Source: Terriglobia bacterium
GTDB taxonomy: Bacteria > Acidobacteriota > Terriglobia > 20CM-2-55-15
Assembly (NCBI GenBank): GCA_965262425.1
Contig: OZ253536.1
Span: forward strand, 4,688,115 to 4,752,114
Direction: 5' to 3'
DNA: 64,000 nucleotides
Part shown: positions 17,479-27,355 of the stretch, piece by piece
How positions within the stretch are numbered: the stretch's first letter is position 1
Layout: every line of letters starts with the position of its first letter
Translations under genes and position numbers: made by a program
Notes under the pieces: generated by a model
Databases searched by the model: none
Seen by the model: only the letters and a program-made list of their open reading frames with translations
Told to the model about the DNA's origin: nothing

Positions 17479-19863
17479 CTATTCTCGTGTCTTGAGCACA
17501 CCGACCAGGTTCAACCGGCCGAGTCTGTGCGCCACCACCAGGCTCGACACCAGTGCCGCCGCGACCACACCGAGCACCGCCATGCCGTAGGTCGCCGGTG
17601 CAACGTATAAAGGGATCCGATACAGCTCGGTATCGCCGACCGAATATACAGTGAGCGCCGCCAGGCCATAGCCGACCCCAAGACCCAACGGGATGGCAAT
17701 CGCCGTCAGCAAGCCGAACTCACCTAACAGAATGTAGGAAATTTCGCCCTTTGTGAAGCCCATTACCCGGAGGCTGGCTAACTCCCAACTGCGTTCCGAC
17801 AGCGAAATCCTTGCGGCGTTGTAGATGACGCCGAAAGCGATGATGCTCGAGAAAATCTGGTTGAAGAAAATGATGATGCCCATGTTGGCCTGTACCGTGT
17901 CCCTGAAGCTCCGAATCGCGGCATCTTTTAACGCTACGCCGACTACGGTCGGAGTCCGCTTGAATCGGTTGTATAACTCGTCCATTTTGGATTCGTCGAC
18001 CTGGAGGAATGCTCCGGAAAGCACTTTGCCTTCGCGCATCATTCGATGAAGGGCATCGAGATCCATGTATGCCGCTGTTCCAAGAAATTCATCGACCAGT
18101 TCCGCGACGACCACCTCCCTAACGGGTCGAGCGCCTTCAAGAACTTCGAGGGTCAGCATGTCGCCGACTTCTACACCGACGATTTCCGCCAGTTTCGACG
18201 AAAGCACGATGCCTTCGGGCGGCAGGTCGACCGACTCCAGATCCGAGTTGATGACGCGGTGCAGGCGGACTCCGGCCGCCAGCCCGGTAACGGCGGTTTG
18301 CCGGGATCGGTGGCCGTGGACCAGGCGCACTGGAACGCTACGCAATGGCTCAAGATGCATGACGCCATCGAGGCCGGCCAGTTCGTAGAGGGCCCCGGGG
18401 GAGGCCGGTTCGACGAACGTGACCGTCAGGTCCTGTCGCTCGGCCACGTTGAACTGAACGTCCATGGCGACCTGCATGGCGTCGAGGAAGAACATGCCGA
18501 CGATCATCATTGCCGCGCCGAACGCAATACCGACGGTGGATAGTGCCGCACGGAGGGGTCTTCGAGACAGGTTCCGGAAGATCATGCGCGTGGACGGAGA
18601 TACCCAACGACCGATGCCGGTTCGCTCGACCAAACTGACGCGATACCTGGCGGGTGCCTGCGGACGCATCGCTTCAGCCGGCGGCAGCTTCACTGCTTGT
18701 CCGACGGCACCCCGTGCCCCAAGCAACGCGGCCCCCAGGCTGGCCACCATCGCGACTGCGATGATGTCTGGCGATATCTCGAACTCCAGAACGGGGAACC
18801 GAAAAAACTCGTTGTACAGCGTCACCAGGGACGACGCCATCCAGGCACCCGACGCCAGTCCCATTGCGACGCCTGTCAGAGCCACGACGAGACTCCACTT
18901 GTAGTAGTGCAGACCTACCTCGAAGTTCGAGTAACCGAGCGCTTTTAGCGCCGCGATCTGCTCCCGTTGTACGGCGATGATCCGATTGAGAACGACGTTG
19001 AGGAGGAACGCGGCGACCGCCATAAATATGATCGGGATTATGGTCGCGAAACCTTGAAGTTGGTTGAGTTCGTTGTTCAGGTACCAGTGCGACAATTGGA
19101 GCGATCGTGGGGTCGCGCCGAGGCCCCCATAGCGTTCCAGCATCAGGTCCAGGCGCATGATGACGTCTTCCTGGTTGGCTCCCGCCATCAATCGGAGGGC
19201 GACGTCGTTGAAGGCGCCTTCCATGTCAAAGGCGGCAGCAAGCGCCGCCCGTTCCATCCAGATGATGCCGTAACGCTCATCGTCGGGCATGATATCGCCG
19301 GGCCGGATCGTGTAGATGAATTCAGGAGAGAGAGCCAGGCCGACGATTTCCAGTTCCCTGTGTCGTCCGTTGATGACGGCCCGGAGTGTGTCTCCGGGTT
19401 CGAATCCATGTGCCAGCGCAAAACCTTCACTGACCAGGACCTCGTTCGAACGGTTCGGATCGACGTAGCGCCCCCGTCGGATGAACACGTCGTTCAGTAT
19501 CGGTTGGCGCCGGGCCGGGATTGAGACCAGTCTGCCGACGGCCGGTTCGGACATGCCTTCGATGTCCAACGTGACGGTTGCACCGACTCTCAGTTCGGCT
19601 TGGGCTACTCCCGGGATCTGATTGATTCGCGTTTCCAGGTAGAGTGGAGCGCGCTTGAGCGAAGCGAACACGTCGGCGAACCGGTAACGGTCGTAGTAGG
19701 TCGACTGGGTGAGCCGAAGCGATTCGAACGCTCCCAGGTACATCACATAGACCGCAACGGCTGCCCCAATCACGAGGCTGATAGCCAGGACCTGCCCTTT
19801 GATGTGCCAGAGGTCCCGAACCAGTTTGCGGTTGATGGCTTCCATGGTCCCGATCCCTACCAC
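17479..19863 (-). CDS. ABC transporter permease with duplicated FtsX domains (MacB-like, about 790 aa)
   Basis: Two FtsX 4-TM modules, each preceded by a large periplasmic domain. The ends ...[19 protein letters not shown] are typical of the family. It overlaps the upstream ATPase gene by 7 nt. Confidence 0.8.
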   Translation of the reverse strand: MVGIGTMEAINRKLVRDLWHIKGQVLAISLVIGAAVAVYVMYLGAFESLRLTQSTYYDRYRFADVFASLKRAPLYLETRINQIPGVAQAELRVGATVTLDIEGMSEPAVGRLVSIPARRQPILNDVFIRRGRYVDPNRSNEVLVSEGFALAHGFEPGDTLRAVINGRHRELEIVGLALSPEFIYTIRPGDIMPDDERYGIIWMERAALAAAFDMEGAFNDVALRLMAGANQEDVIMRLDLMLERYGGLGATPRSLQLSHWYLNNELNQLQGFATIIPIIFMAVAAFLLNVVLNRIIAVQREQIAALKALGYSNFEVGLHYYKWSLVVALTGVAMGLASGAWMASSLVTLYNEFFRFPVLEFEISPDIIAVAMVASLGAALLGARGAVGQAVKLPPAEAMRPQAPARYRVSLVERTGIGRWVSPSTRMIFRNLSRRPLRAALSTVGIAFGAAMMIVGMFFLDAMQVAMDVQFNVAERQDLTVTFVEPASPGALYELAGLDGVMHLEPLRSVPVRLVHGHRSRQTAVTGLAAGVRLHRVINSDLESVDLPPEGIVLSSKLAEIVGVEVGDMLTLEVLEGARPVREVVVAELVDEFLGTAAYMDLDALHRMMREGKVLSGAFLQVDESKMDELYNRFKRTPTVVGVALKDAAIRSFRDTVQANMGIIIFFNQIFSSIIAFGVIYNAARISLSERSWELASLRVMGFTKGEISYILLGEFGLLTAIAIPLGLGVGYGLAALTVYSVGDTELYRIPLYVAPATYGMAVLGVVAAALVSSLVVAHRLGRLNLVGVLKTRE

Positions 19864-20612
19864 TCCAGCTCGGAGGCCTTGATCCTTCGTTCGTTCGACC
19901 GTATCGATGTGATCAGTCCGTCTGACAACGAAATCACCCGATCGGCCATCGCGGCAATCGACGCGTTATGAGTGATCACTGCCGTGGTCGTTCCAAGTTC
20001 GCGATTAATCCTGTCGATCGCCTCGAGGACGACGATGCCGGTCTGAATGTCCAGCGCCCCTGTGGGTTCGTCGCACAACAGGACATCGGGACGCTTGGCG
20101 ATCGCGCGGGCGATGGCGACCCTCTGTTGTTCGCCGCCTGAAAGCTGGGAAGGGAAGTGGTCGGCCCGATCACCGAGGTCCACCCGTTCGAGCGATTCCT
20201 CGGGCGTCAGGGGATCTTCGCTGATATCAGTGACGAGCGCGACGTTCTCCCGGGCGGTGAGTGAAGGAATCAGGTTGTAGAACTGAAAGACGAACCCGAC
20301 GTGCCTGCGCCGATACCACGTCAGTTCGTTCTCGTTGGCTGCCGTCAGATCCTGGCCGCGGTAAACGACCGTGCCGGAGGTCGGGATATCGAGGCCGCCA
20401 AGGATGTTCAGTAGTGTGGATTTTCCGCTGCCCGAGGGCCCCAGCAACACAATGAACTCCGACTCATACAGCGAGAGATCCACACCGCGGAGAGCGTGCA
20501 CCTCGACGTCGCCCATCGGGTACATCTTGGCGATACCCCGGGCTTCGAATACGACCTGAGGCTGTGTCGGGACTTTCCGGTCTCCCTGAGCTGTTTCCGA
20601 GCGGAGGCTCAT
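19857..20612 (-). CDS. ABC transporter ATP-binding protein (MacB/LolD-type)
   Basis: Walker [10 protein letters not shown], signature [14 protein letters not shown], Walker [12 protein letters not shown]. Confidence 0.9.
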   Translation of the reverse strand: MSLRSETAQGDRKVPTQPQVVFEARGIAKMYPMGDVEVHALRGVDLSLYESEFIVLLGPSGSGKSTLLNILGGLDIPTSGTVVYRGQDLTAANENELTWYRRRHVGFVFQFYNLIPSLTARENVALVTDISEDPLTPEESLERVDLGDRADHFPSQLSGGEQQRVAIARAIAKRPDVLLCDEPTGALDIQTGIVVLEAIDRINRELGTTTAVITHNASIAAMADRVISLSDGLITSIRSNERRIKASELEW

Positions 20613-20660
20613 CTTCTGGCGCTCCCTGTTCCTATTTTAGCACTCGACGAAGTCCCCAAC

Positions 20661-20690
20661 AAAAAACCCTCTCCACCCGGTTGGAGAGGG
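20661..20690 (-). terminator. Rho-independent terminator (minus strand): stem ccctctcca / tggagaggg with loop cccggt, followed by T6 on the minus strand
   Basis: Perfect 9-bp GC-rich stem plus a U-tract read on the minus strand. It lies downstream of korAB and MITE copy A, and upstream of the ABC ATPase gene. Confidence 0.65.
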
Positions 20691-20895
20691 TCTTAAGTGT
20701 TGAAGAGTTCGCCTGCGTCCAGTGCCGGCTCTTGTTAGACGATGCCAGCTGCGGCGCTTACCGTTACCCCGATTGGACTCCAGGCCTCCGCAACTCGTGC
20801 GCGGTACTGAGCAACATGTGGCGCGGTCTGGAGTCTGTCCTCGGGGAGGAAGCATGAGTCCAGCGCTGGCTCTATCCTCGGTGGGTGTCTAAGGG

Positions 20896-21200
20896 GTGTT
20901 GTCTTATACAGTCACCCAGCGGCGCGAAGAACTCAGCATCCGAATGGCCCTGGGTGCCTCCCCGGGATCGGTGCGCTGGTTCGTTGTAGGTAGCGGAATG
21001 CGGCTTGTCGTGCTTGGTGTGTTCGCCGGCGCAGTGGGAGCCTACTTGTCGTCACGTTTCTTATCGTCGGTGGTTTACGGCGTGGGTGTCACGGACGTCG
21101 CGACCTACGCCGGCGTCGCAGCATTGGTCGGCGGTGTTGCTCTGGTGTCCTGTGCTCTGCCGGCAGCATCTCGGATGGACCCTCTCGCCGGCCTGCGAAG
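20896..21200 (+). pseudogene. C-terminal fragment (about 100 aa, last TM helices) of an FtsX/ADOP-type permease. It has no N-terminal part, and its frame runs into the MITE.
   Basis: LSYTVTQRREELSIRMALGAS...CALPAASRMDPLAGLRR matches the conserved FtsX C-terminus (...QRTREIGIRMALGA...PARRAARVDP..). The upstream 280 bp is non-coding. The ORF continues to 21552 only by reading through repeat copy A. Confidence 0.6.
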
Positions 21201-21202
21201 GA

Positions 21203-21368
21203 CTAGGAGCCTGCGCGGCAGAAGGGATCGTAGCGAGAAAGTGGAGAATCGAGGTCAGATTTTCTCGATTTTGAGGCGAATAGTGGTTCTATTCAACGAA
21301 AAATCGGGGGAATATGACCGATTACACCGCTTTCGCAGTAGATCTCTTCTGCCGCGCAGGCTCCTAGG
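21203..21368 (+). mobile_element. MITE-like repeat family 1, copy A. About 166 bp with a perfect 22-bp TIR CTAGGAGCCTGCGCGGCAGAAG and a possible GAAGGA target-site duplication.
   Basis: Near-identical copies occur at 31470-31632, 33434-33598 and, inverted, at 50203-50368. The flanks read gaagga|CTAGGAGCC...GGCTCCTAG|gaagga. Confidence 0.7.
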
Positions 21369-21409
21369 AAGGACTTCGCGGAATTGGCGTTCCTGTCCCG
21401 TCCCCCCTC

Positions 21410-22303
21410 TTACATCAGTTCCGCAACAAATTTCTGTGTCACCTCGGGATCTAGCTGGACCGATTGGTAGGCCAGGGGACCTTCAGCGGCCAGTACCGGT
21501 TCGGCCTGATCGAGCGAAGGAAGATCCGTCCGTTGGAAAAACTTCCCGATGAATATCTCGTCGCCCCAGATCAACGCTCGTCGCATCGCTTCGTGCCAGT
21601 CGGATGGATCGTAGCTTTCTTCGTCTTCGAGCTTCTTCACGCGCTCTCGGAACCATGGAAAGGTGTTGTCGTGGTTGTAGGTGACGCAGGGGCTGAAAAT
21701 GTCGATAAACGAAAATCCCTTATGCGCAAATGCCTGTTTGATCAGGTCGACCAGGTGTTTTGGCGCCCCACTGAACCCGCGGGCGACAAAAGTCGCTCCC
21801 GCAGCCAACGCCAGTGACATCGGGTTGAGGGGTTCCTCAATGTTGCCGAACGGCATGCTCTTGGTCTTCATGCCGATGCGGCTGGTGGGCGATGTCTGGC
21901 CCGTGGTGAGTCCGTATATCTGGTTGTCCATGACCAGGTAGACGAGGTCCACGTTCCGGCGCATCGTGTGAATGAAGTGGTTCCCACCGATCCCAAACCC
22001 GTCTCCGTCTCCACCGGTGACCACCACGTTCAAGTCGTGATTCGCCATCTTCACTCCCGTGGCGACAGCCAGCGCCCGCCCGTGCAGTGTATGCATGCCG
22101 TAGGTTTCGACATAGCCGGGCAAGTTGGAAGAGCAGCCGATTCCGCTCACCGTGACCACGTTGTGCGGTTGGATCTGGAGTTCGACAAGTGCTTTTTGAA
22201 TGGAAGACAGGACTCCAAAGTCACCGCAGCCCGCACACCAATCTGGATCGACCGGCCCCTTGAAATCCTTGATCTTCAGCTCCGGTTCTATTGTGGTCGT
22301 CAC
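21410..22303 (-). CDS. korB: 2-oxoacid:ferredoxin oxidoreductase beta subunit (TPP-binding; KorB/PorB-like)
   Basis: GDGDGFGIGGNHF TPP motif and CAGCGDFG. GTG start at 22303 lies 4 nt after a GGAGGA SD, which directly follows the korA stop. The ORF-track start at 22474 is an extension. Confidence 0.8.
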   Translation of the reverse strand: MTTTIEPELKIKDFKGPVDPDWCAGCGDFGVLSSIQKALVELQIQPHNVVTVSGIGCSSNLPGYVETYGMHTLHGRALAVATGVKMANHDLNVVVTGGDGDGFGIGGNHFIHTMRRNVDLVYLVMDNQIYGLTTGQTSPTSRIGMKTKSMPFGNIEEPLNPMSLALAAGATFVARGFSGAPKHLVDLIKQAFAHKGFSFIDIFSPCVTYNHDNTFPWFRERVKKLEDEESYDPSDWHEAMRRALIWGDEIFIGKFFQRTDLPSLDQAEPVLAAEGPLAYQSVQLDPEVTQKFVAELM

Positions 22304-22313
22304 GTTGTCCTCC

Positions 22314-24086
22314 TCAAACCTTGATTTCGTGCGTCGGCACGGACAAATTCGTTTTACCCGCCAGTTGCTCCACCACGCTTTCAACGATGTGATGGGGCAT
22401 GAAGGGTTCTCCATCGTACTTGCGAATATGTCCGTCGGGAACATAGCTGGTTTCACTTCGCAGGTAGCGCGCAAACTGGCCGCTGTAGTTGTTCTCGACG
22501 ATGATGGGGTGCTTCTCGGACCCGAGGATCTCTACGATGGCGTCTCCGTGCAGGGGGACCAGCCATCGGATCTGTAACTGGTTCGCCGAGATCCCTTCTT
22601 CCTTGAGTAGCTCGACCGCCTCTTGGATCACACCTTCGGTGGAACCCCAACCCACAAGTGTCACGTCGGCTCCCGGCTTCCCGATCAGCTTGGGAGGTTG
22701 GACCGCGGCCTCGATTCCCTCCACCTTCCGCTGGCGCTTTTCCATCATATTCCGCCGCTTGGTCGGATCGGTGAGTTCGTCGCTGATCAGCGTCCCATCT
22801 TCGTCGTGCTCATCGGTTGCAGCAGTGTGGGTGTGGTGGGGCACGCCCGGGACGGCGCGTGGGGAGACACCGCTCTCGGTGATCGCGTACCGTTTGTAGC
22901 CATTGGATCCGTTGCTGGACATGATCAGCTCTCCGCGATCGATCTCGACATCGAAGTCGAGATCTGCCGGCTCCACGCTGCCGGTGCCTTCTGAGAGAAG
23001 CAGATCGCCCAGGATGATTCCGGGACACTGGAACCGATCTGTCAGGTTGAAGATCTCAGGCACGAGTTTGAAACAGTCCAGGACAGTCGTCGGCGCGGCG
23101 ATGACTCTGGGATAATCACCGTGACCCGCACCCAGCATCTGCCAGAGATCGCCTTGCTCGGTTTTGGTCGGTATTCCGGTGGAAGGGCCACCGCGTTGCA
23201 CGTCGATCACCACAACAGGGGTTTCCATCATGGCCGACATGCCCAGACCTTCGGTCATCAAAGCGAAGCCGCCGCCGGAGGTGGCGCACATCGCCCGTAC
23301 TCCAGTGTGGGCGGCGCCGATTGCCATGTTGATGACACCGATCTCATCCTCGACCTGCCGCACTATAATGTTCGCTGCACGGGCGTGTGGAGCCATCCAG
23401 TGGAGGACACCGGTGGCCGGGCTCATCGGATAGGCGCAGTAAAATTTCACCCCGGCCGCCGCACCGCCCATCGCCAGAGCCATATTACCCGTCAGCATAG
23501 CCTTGGGGTTTTCCGTCATCGGCAGGGGCTCTTCGAAAGGCTTGAAGTTGTCCGATGCGTGGTCATAGCCTGCCCGTGCGACGTCGACGTTTTCCTTTAC
23601 CACCGCGTCACCCTTCCGTTTGAACTGCGCTGTCAAGACCTCAGCCAGCGGCCCGAAACCGACACCTATCATGTTGAGGGCGGCGCCTAGAGCCAGCGTG
23701 TTCTGCGCCAGCTTGTTGCGGCCGTTGTTGGTAAGTTCCTTTACGGGGAGGGGGCACAGTTGAACTCCGTCGGCCGCGTCCTTCGGTTGGATTGAGTCGC
23801 CGTTGTAAATGACTGCGGTCCCCGGGCCCATGAGCTTCAGATGACGATCCATGGTGTCCTGATTAAGAGGAATCAACAGATCGATCTTGTCGCCGAAGCT
23901 TGTCACAGGATCCACCCCGGTACGTATTGTGAGCAGGGTATGACCGCCCCGGATGAGTGACTGGTAGGCGTTGTATGCGTTCAGGTGCAGACCCCGCCGG
24001 ACGAGGATGCGGGCAAAGATATTCCCCGGGGTGGCCACGCCCTGGCCGGCCGCTCCGCCAATCGAAATTGCAAGAGTTCGATTCAT
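22314..24086 (-). CDS. korA: 2-oxoacid:ferredoxin oxidoreductase alpha subunit (KorA-like)
   Basis: MNRTLAISIGGAAGQGVATPGNIF N-terminus typical of the OFOR alpha/gamma fusion. 590 aa. Confidence 0.85.
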   Translation of the reverse strand: MNRTLAISIGGAAGQGVATPGNIFARILVRRGLHLNAYNAYQSLIRGGHTLLTIRTGVDPVTSFGDKIDLLIPLNQDTMDRHLKLMGPGTAVIYNGDSIQPKDAADGVQLCPLPVKELTNNGRNKLAQNTLALGAALNMIGVGFGPLAEVLTAQFKRKGDAVVKENVDVARAGYDHASDNFKPFEEPLPMTENPKAMLTGNMALAMGGAAAGVKFYCAYPMSPATGVLHWMAPHARAANIIVRQVEDEIGVINMAIGAAHTGVRAMCATSGGGFALMTEGLGMSAMMETPVVVIDVQRGGPSTGIPTKTEQGDLWQMLGAGHGDYPRVIAAPTTVLDCFKLVPEIFNLTDRFQCPGIILGDLLLSEGTGSVEPADLDFDVEIDRGELIMSSNGSNGYKRYAITESGVSPRAVPGVPHHTHTAATDEHDEDGTLISDELTDPTKRRNMMEKRQRKVEGIEAAVQPPKLIGKPGADVTLVGWGSTEGVIQEAVELLKEEGISANQLQIRWLVPLHGDAIVEILGSEKHPIIVENNYSGQFARYLRSETSYVPDGHIRKYDGEPFMPHHIVESVVEQLAGKTNLSVPTHEIKV

Positions 24087-24903
24087 TCAGAATCTCCTAG
24101 GTCGATGCTTTCCAGAAAGTCGTCCAAACAATGTCGACGCAGAAACCATTCCCTTTGAAGGGTGAGCAGCCTCGTTGAACGACTCCTGGGAAGGCAAGCA
24201 CTTGTACTCCAAGTACCGCCGGCTTCCCTCAAGCATTCTGTCGAGAGGGTCGGCGGGTTTGCGTTTTATTCCCTGCGGGCGAGGTCAAGCGTTCGATAGC
24301 ATATCGGCAGACCACGTCGCCCGCGATCATATGTTAATGGCGGACGATTGACGCCCCCAACAACTGTCGAATCATGTTCAGTTCACAGTCAAGAACGCGG
24401 TGTTGCGTTCGGCTGGGGTTGAAAAGTCTCCCATTTGAAGAAGTAATTATAGATGCCGGCACGCGCGCAACAATCCTTAAACAGGTACACACTTTAAACT
24501 ATTTTTAGCGGCACAACGATTATAAGTTGGCCTAGACTGGGCGTCCTACGAGACTTCCGGTGAGCTGCATTTTCCTCCATTCGTCTTTGCTCAAGATGGT
24601 CTCGCTAGACCGAACATGAGCCTGCCGACAAGTCGTCCGAGCCGCGCGTGCCTGCCGCGCCAGAGCCTCCAAACGGATCCCAAAAGGAGCTCTCTGGATC
24701 GTGGACCATGGACCAGACTTTGAACGTCTATCCGTCGGCCCAGCGGGCGCTCTTCCAGCAATACCACGTTGGCGGGTGCAGCAGCTGCGGTTGTCTGAGT
24801 CGTGCAGCTTAGCAGATTTGACGTTATTTTGCCACTGCTCACGAGGTGAAGCCTATTGTTTGTATGATGTTACCAACTGTGGTGAGTCTTGCACGCTGCG
24901 GGT

Positions 24904-27333
24904 TTATAGCGGGAGATTGCGGAGGCGAAGAGCGTTCGAAATTACTGAAACCGAGCTGAATGTCATCGCTGCGCTGGCGATTATCGGGCTGAGTAGCAAG
25001 CCAAGGAAGGGATACAGAATTCCCGCTGCGATCGGGACACCAACCGAGTTGTACGCGAAGGCGAAAAACAGGTTCTGCCTGATATTTCTCATCGTGCCCC
25101 GACTCAGCCGGCGCGCGCGCACGATCCCTCTCAGATCTCCCTGGACCAGTGTGACTCCCGCGCTCTCCATCGCGATGTCGGTGCCGTGTCCCATGGCGAT
25201 TCCAACGTGGGCGGCAGCCAGTGCCGGGGCGTCGTTGATTCCGTCACCGGCCATTGCCACGATGTGGTTCTGGGATCGGAACTCCTTGATAGCTGCTTGC
25301 TTGGCGTCCGGGAGGACCTCGGCCCGGAACTCGTCGAGTCCAAGCTTGGCGGCGACCACCTCCGCTGTTTCCCGACTGTCGCCTGTCAGCATAACGATCC
25401 GGACACCCTCTTCTTGAAGCATTCGAATGGCTTCGGGGGTCGATTTCTTGATGGGGTCGGAAACGCCCAGCAGACCGGCCGGTCTGTCGTCGATAGCGAG
25501 GAACATCACTGTTTGTCCGTCACGACCGAGCCTCTCGGCCGTCTCCAACAGCGGAGTCCGGTCGATGTCGCGTTGCTCGAATAGCGTGGCGTTGCCGAGA
25601 ACGATCTTGTGGCCTCCGACGGCTCCGATCACTCCCTTGCCCGTCAGGGATTTGAATTTCTCAGCTTTCTGGAACTCGACCTTGCGCCGGCGCGCCCCAC
25701 CGACGATAGCCTCGGCCAGAGGGTGCTCGCTTCCCACTTCGATCCCAGCCGCCGCGCTGAGCACTTCTCTTTCAGTCCTGCCGTCGAGCGGGCAGACGGA
25801 AATCAAGCGAGGCTTTCCCTCGGTCAGCGTGCCGGTCTTGTCTATGACGAGGGTGTCCACCTTCTCGAGTATTTCAAGGACTTCCGCGTTCTTGATCAAC
25901 ACTCCCGCCCTGGCTCCCCTTCCGGTTCCCACCATGATGGACATCGGCGTTGCCAGTCCCAGCGCGCAGGGACACGCGATGATGAGGACCGCGATCGCAT
26001 TGACGAGAGCGAACGCCATTCTGGGCTCCGGGCCAAGGACGGCCCACACGGCGAACGTTAGCACCGAAATCAGCACAATGGCCGGAACGAAGTAGGATGC
26101 CACAACGTCGGCGAGTCGCTGGATGGGCGCCCGCGTTCTCTGCGCGGCTGCGACCATTTTGACGATCCGGGCCAGCATCGTTTCGCTTCCGACCTTTTCG
26201 GCAACCATGATCAGACTGCCCGTGCCGTTGAGGGTTCCTCCCGTGACCCTGGCGCCGGCGGTCTTCTCGACCGGTATCGGCTCGCCCGTGATCATGGACT
26301 CGTCGACCGCGCTGCTCCCTTCCTCGATCCGTCCATCGACGGGTACTTTAGCCCCGGGCCGGACCCGCAGTCGATCTCCGGGGTGAACCTGTTCAAGCGG
26401 TACGTCCTCCTCGCGCCCTCCTTCATCGATCCGTCGCGCCGTCGCGGGAGCCATCTGCAACAGCGCCTTGATTGCGTTACTTGTTCGGCCTCGAGCCCGA
26501 AGCTCCAGGATCTGTCCGAGCAGAACCAGGACCGTGATGGCGGCCGCGGCTTCAAAATAGACCGCCACTCCGCCGCCGGCCTCCTCGAAAGACGCAGGGA
26601 AGGCGTCCGGGGCGATTGTCGCTATAGTGCTGTAGAGATAAGCGACGCCGGTTCCGATCCCCACCAGCGTGAACATGTTGAGGCTACGGTTCACGATTGA
26701 TGCCCAGGCTCTTTCGAAAAACGGCCAGCCGCTCCAGAGCACGACCGGCGTCGCCATAACAAGCTGGACCCAGTTCAGTGCCTCGACCGAGGCGCCGCCG
26801 ATGGGCCCCCTCGGTATCATGTGAACCATCGCAAGCAGCATCAGAGGCAAGGTCAGCGCCAACCCGATCTTGAATCGTCGCGTCACGTCCTCCAGTTCAG
26901 GGTTCGGTTCCTCTTCGAGGGCGATGGTTCTCGCTTCGAGCGCCATGCCGCAGTCCGGACAGGAACCCGCCTCGGACCGTACGACGTCGGGATGCATGGG
27001 GCAGGTGAATTCGGTCCGGTGGGCGGGGTATTCGAACTCTAAAGGTTCAAGCGCCATACCGCATTTGGGACAAGCTCCCGGCCCCTCCTGCTGAACTTCC
27101 GGATCCATCGGACAGGTGTAGATCCCCGTCGGGTCGTCCGGTGCCATGGGCAGGGGGACGGATATCGAACCGGCTGGCGTGTCGAGGTATCGATCCGGAT
27201 CGCTTCGAAACTTTTCGAGGCAACGAGTAGAACAGAAGTAATAGACGGTCCCCGAATGTTCATGCTGCCGTGCGGAGTCGTCAACGGCGACGTTCATGCT
27301 GCAGACGGGATCTTTCACACTCCGAACGCTCAT
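24904..27333 (-). CDS. copA: Cu+-exporting P1B-type ATPase (CopA) with an N-terminal YHS/TRASH domain and two CPMxPxV...CPxCGM heavy-metal-binding modules
   Basis: DKTGTLT phosphorylation site, a CPC membrane motif ([13 protein letters not shown]), [11 protein letters not shown]-terminal VCSMNV...[12 protein letters not shown] (YHS), plus 2x TCPMxP-V...CPxCGMALE. Confidence 0.9.
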   Translation of the reverse strand: MSVRSVKDPVCSMNVAVDDSARQHEHSGTVYYFCSTRCLEKFRSDPDRYLDTPAGSISVPLPMAPDDPTGIYTCPMDPEVQQEGPGACPKCGMALEPLEFEYPAHRTEFTCPMHPDVVRSEAGSCPDCGMALEARTIALEEEPNPELEDVTRRFKIGLALTLPLMLLAMVHMIPRGPIGGASVEALNWVQLVMATPVVLWSGWPFFERAWASIVNRSLNMFTLVGIGTGVAYLYSTIATIAPDAFPASFEEAGGGVAVYFEAAAAITVLVLLGQILELRARGRTSNAIKALLQMAPATARRIDEGGREEDVPLEQVHPGDRLRVRPGAKVPVDGRIEEGSSAVDESMITGEPIPVEKTAGARVTGGTLNGTGSLIMVAEKVGSETMLARIVKMVAAAQRTRAPIQRLADVVASYFVPAIVLISVLTFAVWAVLGPEPRMAFALVNAIAVLIIACPCALGLATPMSIMVGTGRGARAGVLIKNAEVLEILEKVDTLVIDKTGTLTEGKPRLISVCPLDGRTEREVLSAAAGIEVGSEHPLAEAIVGGARRRKVEFQKAEKFKSLTGKGVIGAVGGHKIVLGNATLFEQRDIDRTPLLETAERLGRDGQTVMFLAIDDRPAGLLGVSDPIKKSTPEAIRMLQEEGVRIVMLTGDSRETAEVVAAKLGLDEFRAEVLPDAKQAAIKEFRSQNHIVAMAGDGINDAPALAAAHVGIAMGHGTDIAMESAGVTLVQGDLRGIVRARRLSRGTMRNIRQNLFFAFAYNSVGVPIAAGILYPFLGLLLSPIIASAAMTFSSVSVISNALRLRNLPL

Positions 27334-27355
27334 ATCAGATCAGTGTACACTCCGG

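Noticed and set aside
21005-21274. Small ORFs inside the family-1 MITE copies (21005..21274, 31464..31709, 31470..31670, 33520..33789, 50100..50282, 50200..50415)
   Set aside because: They arise from reading through palindromic repeat DNA. The peptides are mirror-related (..CAAEGIVARKWRIE.. / ..LLPRRLL..), differ between copies by frameshifts, and have no start context.
24400-24470. A sigma-54-like GGCAC...CAAC motif in the long korA-copA intergenic region
   Set aside because: It does not match the TGGCAC-N5-TTGC consensus well enough, and it is about 360 nt from the korA start.
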